A program made the translations under genes and the position numbers. A DNA stretch of 63,984 nucleotides, the filler included, from Guillardia theta CCMP2712 (Eukaryota; Protista; Cryptophyta), in NCBI RefSeq assembly GCF_000315625.1. It is 3 parts of 3 records of this genome, joined end to end, with 100 filler letters (N's around TTAATTAATTAA, not from the genome) between each part and the next. Parts side by side here need not be neighbours in the genome. Positions count along the whole stretch, not along the records: positions 31,683 to 62,802 come from NW_005434555.1; positions 62,903 to 63,984 come from NW_005434641.1; 1 more part is not named here. The stretch is one strand, 5' to 3'. Shown piece after piece: positions 54,594 through 63,984 of this stretch. Each line of letters starts with the position of its first letter. The stretch's first letter is position 1. The notes beneath the pieces are model-generated. The model did no database searches. It was given only the letters and a program-made list of their open reading frames with translations, and was not told the origin of the DNA.

Positions 54594-54795
54594 GGTGTGT
54601 GGGGGTGGTTCTCAGGGATGGATCTCTGCGTGGCTGTGGAGGTTCTGGGGAAGGATGACGAACTTGAAGAAAGGCGCTGCAAGCACGGGGGGCAGAGGCG
54701 AGGAGAGTGTCAGCGAAGGGGGGCCGAAGAGTCTCTAATGACCGAAAACCAGGTTTTTCGCACAAGCTGATTTACTTGGAAGTTTCCAGAATTTC

Positions 54796-55703
54796 TATGG
54801 CTGTTCTCAAACTGCAAAGCAATGTCTTTCATCCTTGCTAACATTTTCTTTGAGGCGGGTCCGTCAACAAGACCATTGACAATACTGCTAAAATGATGGT
54901 TGCCGTGTTGGTTGGCACAGTCACATCAAGGATGTGATGTCAAGTCAATGCTGTAGTGAATCAAAGTTGTCTTCGATAGCATCAGCTTAGATGGTATGAC
55001 GCAACAAGAAGGACGGACGTGATGGCGTAATGTCATGTCGTCAGTGCTGAATGCTTCTGGAGCTCAGTAGGGTTTCCTCATTACTGGGTAAGGACACACC
55101 GAACGAGGTTGTAAGGTTGTTCCATGTGCATTTCAATATTTCATTCGGCTCAAACACAAAAAATAAGGTTTAGCTTGAACGAAAGTGGCAGGTTCAAGTC
55201 GAAGAACTGACTCCTCCATTCAAATCCTGAAAGGTACAAGCAGTCATTTCAAGTCAACGGCAGTCTTGAAGACAGAAGAAGTCTGAATACATGAAAGAAA
55301 TGGCATCTCAAACAAGGAAACAGCAATACGGTGATGAAAAGATTACCCTGCATGAATTTAGAGACGGTTGGCCATGTCGAACAGAGCGTCGCTGTAGTGA
55401 TGGGAGCGAAGGCTAGCATGCTGGAAGGGCTTCAACAAAGAATGCTTGTTCAAGTTGGAAGGCGGGTTGGAAAGGATTGACTGGCTGCAATCCTGCCATA
55501 TCGTCATGAAAAGATAGAAATAACAAAATTCATACATTGCCATATGGCTGATCACCAAATTATTGAAGTTGAGGAATCGAAAAGCACGAGTCAGGAAACA
55601 ATCGTAGAGAGGGTACAAGTCAGAAATGTGAACTTCAATCAGGGTCAAAGAAAGCAATGATGAATCTCACCCCCTGTCAAGCAAAAAGAAGAACGTCAGA
55701 TAA
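54796..55703 (+). CDS. Possible small multi-exon hypothetical gene
   Basis: Alternating short open segments (KKSEYMKEMASQTRKQQYGDEKITLHEFRD; ITKFIHCHMADHQIIEVEES) and ~50-nt GT-AG blocks. No consistent model could be built. Confidence 0.25.
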
Positions 55704-56418
55704 GTAAAATCGTATGTCCCAACGCAAATCAAAACTCCGTAAAACACAATGGAAGCATTTGAGGCATATAGATCGATCATGGTCTTGTAACCATCAGATC
55801 AATGTTTGAGGATCGAGAAGAACATGACCAAAGAGCGTGGAGTACGTGAACTCACACAAGCATGAACGATGGTCATCTTCTTGATGGATGGCGCCTTCTC
55901 GAGCATCGTCAGCATGGCCGTCGTCGTGCCTCTTCGTTCCAAAAACGGTGTTTTAAATATAAATAGAGTGTTTTAGAAATTAACCAAGCTGTACAGGATT
56001 CTCGATTTGGCTAAAATAATTTGTTCAGAGAATTTTCAAGAAAATAGTTATAGTAGTCATAAAAGGATATACTTGTCAAATGGTACTACTTCCTACTGAC
56101 CGTTCTTGTACTACAAAACATTTACTTACCTGATCTGGTACTGCTGTATCGAACTGGTGCTCCGTCAGAGGGACTTCTGGTCAGCCTTCATTTGCGGTTA
56201 CGCTGGAATGATCAAACGGACGGCCTGACCGAGTTCCGATGTAGTTACTACTACCAGCTCTAGCAGGAGGACAAGGTGGGGGGGGGGCAAGGAGAGAAGG
56301 ATAGAAGAAGCAGAGGAGGAGAGGAGGAGAGGAGGAGAGGAGGAGAGGAGGAGAGGAGGAGAGGAGGAGAGGAGGAGAGGAGAGGAGGAGAGGAGGAGAC
56401 TCGGAAGGAGAGGTCACT

Positions 56419-59400
56419 ATGGCTGGTTACGTAGGTGGGCTCAATGACTGTGCTTCGCGGCTGGAACATGAGTTACAGCATGGGAAAAGAATTGACGGAG
56501 CTAAGATCCATGACTGCCCCGACCTTCACGTTGGAAGGGCATGCAGGACTGAAGGCGAAATGAAGACAGCCGTGGGTTTAAAGTTTAGCGAGATGACAGC
56601 GAGATGACAATCATGTGGAAGTTTGAAAGAAACAAAACTAAACATCGTTGTGAATTAGAGACTCGTTGAGGTGCTACAGGGAGCGAACTGACAGACAATA
56701 CTGTTATCATGGCATTGCTGACGGATGTGTTAGCATAGTTCCAGCTTACAGGCAGAGAGAGCCAAGCTTGAACACACGGCAGGACGACACAGCATCTATG
56801 AGCATGTGCTAGGCTGAGGCTGAGCGATAAATAAGCAGCTGCTTTCAGACTACATCGGTGAGTGGGAGGGAGGATGAAAGGAGGTGGTGGGAGCTGGCAC
56901 TGTTGAAGCTCTTGTCGTGACAGGAACTTATCAGACTCTCTGCCACCATGGAGGAGGGAACAGAAGATCTTCGGAAGGAGCTGTAGGAGGTTGCTCATGA
57001 CGTGCTTTGCTTGACTGTCTCGACAGGTTGGCAGCAGGAGCAGTGTCGTTCGAGGATGAAGCAGATGAGGGAATAAGCTTGCAGGACATCCTGACGTTGA
57101 AGGAAAGATTCGATAGCGCAGACATCGATGGCGGAGGGAGTCTCGACATGCAGGAGTTCATGGACGCGTTCGGCTCGATCCTGAACAAGGATGGCTCCTT
57201 GACAAGAGAACAGATAAGGCGGTTGTTCATGCAGATCGATGCGAACTCGGACGGAGTGGTGGACTGGAACGAGTTCAGCACGTACATGCTGATGGAGAGT
57301 CAAATGAGCGGGTCGCTCGTCTCAGAGAAGATCTCCAAGTTCTTCATCTCCGACACCTCCGGCCTCAAGCAGGACGACGAGAACTCCCACAACGAGCATG
57401 TTGACTGCCTCGTCATCGAGCCCTCGGGTCCCTCCTACATCACCAGCTCCAAGGACGGCACCATCAGAATCTGGTCGCAGGCGTCTCTGACGCTGCAGAA
57501 GACCATCTCGCTAGGTGCCTGCGAGCCTGCGAGGCCCTCCTCCTGCTGACTTCCTCCCCAGGCAAGACGTGGGTGCTCGCGCTGTGCCTGCTGCGACATG
57601 CCGCGAAGCTGGTGCTGAGCACCGACGACCGGAAGATCAAAGTCTTCGATGTGCACACGTGGGAACAGTCCGTGGAGGTGGAGCTGTCAGGGCAAGCATA
57701 CTGCCTGTGCTCATGGCGGAAAGACGACACGGAGTACATCGCGTACGGCAACGAGGTCGGGGACGTGACTGTGGTGGACTACGAGAAGGGGGTGCGAGAC
57801 TTCCGGAACGATCACTCGATGAGGAAGGGCAAGAGGAGAGCGAGCAACTGGGCAGTGTCGTGGACCCGCAACATCCACAGCGGGTGGATCAACCAGATCT
57901 CGATGATCGAGGACCTTGGGGGGCTGGTGACGTGCAGCACCGACGGCGCCATCAACATCTTCGAATTTCCCTTCCAGAACGACCCGGTCAAGAAGGACAA
58001 GGTCCTGATGAAGCGCGTCCTCACCCCGCAGTACAAGGTGAACCAGAAGCCCATCAAGTGCTTCGTCTGGGTGGAGTCTCTAAAGCTGATCGTCAGTGGG
58101 GGAATGGAGCGAGAGGTTAGCGGGCTCCTTGCCCCTTCTCCCTCTCTTGACGCGTCTGCTCGCAGCTGACAGTCTGGAACCCTTACACGTCGAAGCCGGT
58201 CACGAAGCTCGAGGGCCACATGTCAGGAATCATCATGCTGCAAGTGAACTCCGACTACGACCAGGTGAAGTGAGAGGGAGGAGGGACAGGGAGGGAGAAG
58301 AGAGGGAGAGAGGGAGAGAGGAGAGAGGACAGAGGCAAAGGGGGAGGACAGAGGCAGGACAGGGACAGGGACAGGGACAGAGACAGAGACAGGACAAGGA
58401 CAAGGACAGGGACAGGGACAGATGGAGGATGATAGTTGTTGTGGATGCAGGTGATATCTCTGTCCAAGGACAAAGTGGTCAAAGTCTGGGACCTTCGGAA
58501 CGGGGAAGGGCTCCAGACTCTCTCTCACTTCAAGAATCCTGCGCTGAGGTAGGAGGCGGTAGAGGGGCAGGGCCCTGCACGTGCGCTGATCCTGCAGCAG
58601 GCCGACGGCCATCCTGTTCGACCAGGCGCGCGGTCGGCTGATCACCTGGGGCTGCAGGCATCACATATGGAAGATCAATCCGCAGATCACGAACCCGGTC
58701 AACGACGAGACCCACAACACTCCCGTCGTCGCCGTCCTCTACAACCGCATCTTCGGGAGTGTCGTGACCGTTGCCGAGGACTCGGAGACGATCGTGTGGA
58801 GGCCGCTGACGGGGCAGCAGATCTCCTCCTTCCATGACCCCGACCGGACGCCCGAGACGTTCGTGTCTTGTGCCTCCTTCGACGAGGCTGGGAGGAGGCT
58901 GATGACTGGCGATCACGAGGGCAGGGTCCAGGTGTGGAACTTCAGCAACGGCGCCTGCATCAAGACGCTGCTGAAGCCCGTGGACAAGCACAGCAGGCAG
59001 GAGGTCACGGCCGTCACCTCCTACAGCTTCGAGGAGAAGCGCTACATCGCGGCCGCGAGCTGGGACAGGAAGGTGACGATCTGGCTGGACAAGTCGGAGG
59101 ACGCCGGGTCAGTGTACCCACTGATCCAGATGTTGGGGAACGAGAGCGACATCCTGTCCATCGCCTTCTCCTACCCCAAGACGCTGGCGACAGGAGCGTC
59201 GGACGGGAGCATCGCCATCTTCGACATAGAGAGCGGGATCAAGCGCATCGCCATGCAGTCGCAGAAGATCCATGGGTTCACTCCCCGGGAATCGATGAAC
59301 GCCAAGGAGCTCGCAAACACGCTCTACGTAGAGAAGATACTCTTCCTGGAGGAGAAGAACAAGACCATCCTCACCTCAGGGGCCGACGGTCACCTCCGCT

Positions 59401-60462
59401 TCTGGGAGGGAACTTGGATGACCATCTTGCCTGAATCTGCCAGCACGACGGGAACGAACAAGGTCGTGCTGCTGATGCCCGCAGAGCACTGGCCGGAGTA
59501 CGGGCTGGTGGACCACCAGGTGGACGAGGACAACAACATCCTGCTGACTGCGGACGAGGGAGGGTTCGTCAAGGTCTGGGACATCTCCGAATACCAGTGG
59601 AACATGCCGGACCGGTGAGAGGTGCTTCGTTTCTCAGCTCAGGTCGCTCACAGAGGCTCAGGTCCCAGGTGAAGGCCTGCTACTTCTGGCGAGCCCACCA
59701 GATCAGCATCTCTGCGGTGGACGTCATCGTGCCAGAGCAGGACCCCGGAAACGAGCTGAATCCGCTCGTCCTCACCGCGTCCAAGGACAAGAGCGTGCTG
59801 CTGTGGACAATCGACGGGATCAAGATCGGGGAGTTCGGCAAGGTGACATGGAGGCTGGGGAGGCGAACCATGACGGTAAGCGCTCATGGCAGAACGTTGA
59901 GCTCAAGGCGGATGCCTGGAACCTGTTTGACACCAGCACCTGGTTGACTGACAAGTCCATCAACATCCTCGGGATGGACTATGACTACGAGTGAGTGACG
60001 CCGCCTTCTCCTGCAGCCGTCTGCGGCCGTCTCTCACTGCTGTGCCCCAGCTCGGACAGGAACGACGACTCGCAGTCGAGCAATGACGACATTGAGCATG
60101 TTCTCAAGGGGCTGGATGAGAGGAAATCTCCCTCCCTCCCCTCTCTCCTCCTCCCTGACGACCCGTTCTCAGGATCCGGAAGAGCAAGCCCGCCGCTCCT
60201 GTCCGCGCCATCATCTCCAACCTGACTGAGGTCTGGACTTGCCCCGCTGCCTGGCCGTGACTCGTTGCAGATCCCCCCAGAGACTCTCTACCGGGCGAGG
60301 AAGGGAAAGGATGTGGACTTCGAGACCGACTGGCTGACGGGGGAGAGGGTGTACAAGAACATCAGGAAGAACACGTTGCCGGAGGAGAAGCGGCGGACCC
60401 CCGTCCTGCCCTACGTACGGCAGTTCTCCAGGAAGCTTGACCCTGACAACATCGTGCCCTGA
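56419..60462 (+). CDS. EF-hand + WD40 repeat protein (WDR49/CFAP337/EFCAB8-like, probably ciliary); start uncertain
   Basis: FDSADIDGGGSLDMQEF and LFMQIDANSDGVVDWNEFSTYML followed by many WD repeats (VWNPY, HNTPVVAVLYNRIF, RLMTGDHEGRVQVWNFSNGAC, FWRAHQISI, LTASKDKSVLLWTIDGIKIGEFG). Confidence 0.85.
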
Positions 60463-60557
60463 TGATCGGAGGGGAAGGGAGGGGAACCGAAGGGGAGGGG
60501 AGGGGAGGAGGGGTGATAGCAGCATGAGGAGAGAAGGGGTTGTGGCAGTGGGAAGAA

Positions 60558-60648
60558 GAGAGATGTTATGTACAACAAGTGAGGAACAATGTGATGATGT
60601 GAAGAAAACTTCAACAGAGATGTTATGTACAACAAGTGAGGAACAACA
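60558..60648 (+). repeat. Two direct copies of a ~31-bp unit (AGAGATGTTATGTACAACAAGTGAGGAACAA)
   Basis: Copies at ~60559 and ~60616, downstream of the WD40 gene stop. Confidence 0.85.
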
Positions 60649-60990
60649 TGATGGGAAACTCGAGCGGGGTACATGCTCCAGCTCAGAGCTGCTTCCAGCC
60701 AAGACTCTCCTTGTGGGGATGAGCAGGAGGGAGAAGATGTTGAATGACTCCGTGCCTCCTCCGCGCTCTCTCCTGCTTTGAGGTGTTCTTCCTAGCCTCC
60801 TCCTCCTCCTTCGCTCCTGCATTTCAGATTATTCGCATCGTCGCCAGGTATCCTTCCTTTCGCTCTCACCACCATCATGCATTGCAATCTCTTGGTTATG
60901 AACAAACACGGACCTCCAACTGCGAAGATATCAACGGCTCACGAGCAAAAATGAAAGGTGGAATGAAAAGAGCACTTGATATCATCGTCG

Positions 60991-61519
60991 TTAGGAGTAC
61001 AACTTGACTCTTTGAAGATGGACATGTAGTCTTTCGTGTAGATTTCCTGTAAGCAAGCTTAAGAACTCTCTTCCCGTGTCGCACATCACTGCAACCAGGA
61101 TCTGCTCTAAGATACATGGCTCGACATCTGTGAGCAGGGAAACCTCGCCAAGTCTCCTATGTTTGCTCATGAACAAGGCCAGCGCCGCCTTGACAGGTTT
61201 GCAGGGAAGAGGAGCACGAGGAGTTGTTTGAATGATCTTCATCTCCTTCATCCTCTCATGCACTCGATGATGCGACACGTCCCATCCCCGTTCTCTCTTC
61301 AGTTCCAGCCATATAGTGTTGACGCCAGCCTCAGGCTTCAACAAGAAAATGTCAGCATGGGAGCTTGGATTTCACACCAAGGATCACCTTGACGCTCTTG
61401 ATGCTCAGGATCTCATCCTCGAGAGTCTCGTCGTTGGGTTGCAGCCCAGTCTCACTTGCCTGGGAACGAAGCCGAGCTGAATTCTTTCCTGCCCGCCTTC
61501 CAGCTTTCCCTCGTCCCAT
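60991..61519 (-). CDS. Hypothetical protein with an HTH-like segment and a 'MxxHxRLG' motif
   Basis: Two exons; PEAGVNTIWLELKRERGWDVSHHRVHERMKEMKI and ALALFMSKHRRLGEVSLLTDVEPCILEQIL. Confidence 0.55.
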
Positions 61520-62119
61520 CCAACCTGCTTGGATCAATCACATGAGCTCACTATTCCCCTGCTCTCCCTCCCCTCCCTCCCCTCCCTCCCCTCCCTCCCC
61601 CTGTTCTCCCTGCCCTCCCTGCCCTCCCTCCCTCTGCTCTCCCTGTTCCCCCTGCTCTCCCTCCCCTTCCTCCCCCTGCTCTCCCTGCTCTCCCTGCTCT
61701 CCCTGCTCTCCCTGCTCTCCCTCCCTCCCTCCACCTGCTCTCCCCTGCCCCCCCCTGCTCCCCCTCCCTCACCACCTCCCTCTCCCTCACCTCCTTTATG
61801 TGTCTAGCATTGTCGCCCGACAAACAAATTGGGTATGAGGGGGATGAGACAAAAAGATCAGGCCGATATGATTCGACTCCGAACGACTTGTTGGGGACCC
61901 TGATCCCTCCCCACCCCACCATCTATGAGACTACCCCCTCTAATCCCTGCCTTTTACCCCCTTTTAGAGACCTTCAAGTACCCAATGGCATACCGAACCC
62001 TTGCAGTTTGTACCCGTACCCTACATTTCCCATGATTAACCACCCGTTCCTCCGACGGTTTGACAAAGTCCTTTCACCTCGCTTGGTTCCATCCGACCTC
62101 CCCCACCTCCTCCTCCTCC

Positions 62120-62152
<33 letters not shown>

Positions 62153-62802
62153 TTGCTACTTCCTTGATCTTCTAGTTTCTTCTCAATCTCCATCCCTCTC
62201 TCTCACTCTCCTCCTCTTTCTGCTCAGTTTTCCCTCCTTGCACACTCCACCTTTCCCCACATCATCCATCTCATCCCCTACCATCTCCTCTCTCTGCATT
62301 CTGCAAGGCGCTCCAGGACATTCAGAGCAGCAGCTGTTGACGATCTCAGAACCGCCGGCAACTCCATGGCAGGAGGAATCCTCTTGTAACCATGGGGAAC
62401 TCCGGGAGCTGCTCCAACTGCCGGGAGGAGGGACCGTGTGCTGACATGTGAGTGCTTCCTCTCTCCCTCCCTGCCCTCCTCCTTAACCCCATTTTTGCTG
62501 GGCTGAATGTCGACAGATGCTCGCCGCGTACTCCTGGGCAGATCGAGGAGCGAGAACAGAAGACGAGGGTGCGCCTCAAGTGAGTGTCGGTTCTCGGAAC
62601 GAGAGGAGGGAAAGGAAGGGGCTGGTGAGGGGAGCAGGAGCAGGAGCGTAAGGAAGGGGCTGGGTTGGAGAAGTAGAACGAAGAGGAGGGAGGAGGAAGA
62701 ACATGGAGGGAAGGGAGTTGACAGGGGCGCAGATTCCCACGGGTAACAGAGATGCAAGGAAAAGATCACTTTGCGCCCATGGATAAAGGTCTTCCCCTCC
62801 CT

Positions 62803-62902
62803 NNNNNNNNNNNNNNNNNNNNNNNNNNNNNNNNNNNNNNNNNNNNTTAATTAATTAANNNNNNNNNNNNNNNNNNNNNNNNNNNNNNNNNNNNNNNNNN
62901 NN
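62803..62902. other. Assembly gap with an artificial TTAATTAATTAA linker
   Basis: Linker at 62847-62858. Confidence 0.95.
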
Positions 62903-63537
62903 TCCTCCCTCCTCCCTCCTCCCTCCTCCTCCCTCCCTCCCTCCCCTTCTCCCTCTCCCTCTCCCTCTCCCTCCCCCTCTCCCTCTCTCTCTCGCTCTCT
63001 CTCTTCCTCCCCCTCTCGCTCTCGCTCTCGCTCTCGCTCTCGCTCTCGCTCACGCTCTCGCTCTTCCTCTCCCTTTCCTATTCCTGGTGGTACTCGTCTT
63101 CCTCATTCTCCTCCCCCCTCTGGTTTCTCCTGCTCCTGTTTCCCATCCTCGTCTCTTCTCTACCCTTGACCTCCTCCCTCTCGTTCCTTCTCACAGCTCA
63201 CAGGCGTGTCCTCGGCCTTATCGTCGTTGCTGATTTCTTCGTCGTCATTGGATTTCTCGGTGAAACTTCCTCCTCCTGCACCTGCACCTGCTCCTCCTCT
63301 TCCTCCTCCAGCTCCTACTCCTCCTCGACCTCCTCGTCCTCGTCCTCCTCCCCCCATCTCCTCTTCTCCCGATCCTTGATTGTTTCCTTCCCCTCCTCCT
63401 GCTCTTTCTCCTGCTTCCCCTCGTCTCATCCCGTCGCTCAGGTTGGCTCGCTGTCTCCATCGTCTATCAGTTCGCAGTGTGTGGCGGATTGAACCAGTAA
63501 GCTCTCCTCCTCGTCCCCCTCCTCCCTAATCCTCGCT

Positions 63538-63579
<42 letters not shown>

Positions 63580-63984
63580 CCTGCTCCTCCTGCTCCTCCT
63601 GCTCCTCCTGCTCCTGGTCCTGGTCCTGCTCCTCCTCCTGCTCCTCCTGCTCCTCCTGCTCCTCCTGCTCCTCCTTCCAGCATTATGTAACTTCATCTGA
63701 CAGGAGCTGGACAAGAAGTGCGGAGCCGTGTTGACCAAGTTCGTCTCGCTTGCTTACCAGAGCGTGCTGGGGTCAACCGTCCTGCTCTTGGTTGCTCCTG
63801 CTGACTGCGGGTGGGGTCAGGCGGCCGGCGGACGAAGGGGGTCTGCATGCTTACATGGAGCAATTGAGACGAAGTCAACTAAGGGGAGAAGAGGTGAGAG
63901 GACGAGGAGGACGAGGAGGAGCAGGAGGAGCAGGAGGAGCAGGAGGAGCAGGAGGAGCAGGAGGAGCAGGAGGAGGAGGAGGGT

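Larger units (their letters stand above)
52589..54596. repeat. Three-copy 350-460 bp repeat in alternating orientation
   Basis: Copy A ~52589-53048, copy B (inverted) ~53430-53893, copy C ~54244-54596. All share the end TTATTGTACATCCTACTCC. Confidence 0.92.

Noticed and set aside
54760-55930. Possible rhodopsin/7TM gene on the minus strand
   Set aside because: No series of TM helices and no retinal-binding Lys motif in any frame examined.
62250-63984. Partial spliced gene at the right edge
   Set aside because: Exon-like fragments lie among repeats and a gap; strand and frame could not be fixed.

Overview
Gene-dense eukaryotic nuclear DNA. It is most likely a cryptophyte alga (Guillardia/Hanusia-like); this is inferred from the many ~45-55 nt GT-AG introns, a nucleotide transporter with a bipartite leader, an EsV-1-7 protein and flagellum-linked genes. 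Most short ORFs in the supplied track are artefacts of microsatellite-filled introns. Recognisable spliced genes, left to right: a TCUP/TML-like TSET subunit (partial), NOP9, OSTC/DC2, a LOR/scramblase-like membrane protein, an FHA protein, an RJL GTPase, delta-COP, tRNA-Glu(CTC), an NTT ATP/ADP transporter, a PDZ protein, a multi-SAM protein, an NDR kinase and an ABCD transporter (both cut by a gap), an EsV-1-7 repeat protein, PWP2, an acylated EF-hand-like protein and an EF-hand/WD40 protein. The most unusual signals are: (1) an unannotated family of ~75-100 aa intronless 'MC(R/K)xL...FY(L/I)P...KPS..LL..VL' microproteins, three of them in an alternating inverted triplication; (2) a recurrent 20-bp intergenic element, TTTTACTCAAAGTTAAGTTA, and two distinct classes of motif-mosaic intergenic islands; (3) a ubiquitin-like LRLKGG motif in the NTT leader; (4) an intron that splits a start codon; and (5) conserved-site lesions in the NDR and ABCD genes. 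Four 100-nt gaps are present, two carrying an artificial TTAATTAATTAA linker. All calls come from reading the sequence; no searches were run.
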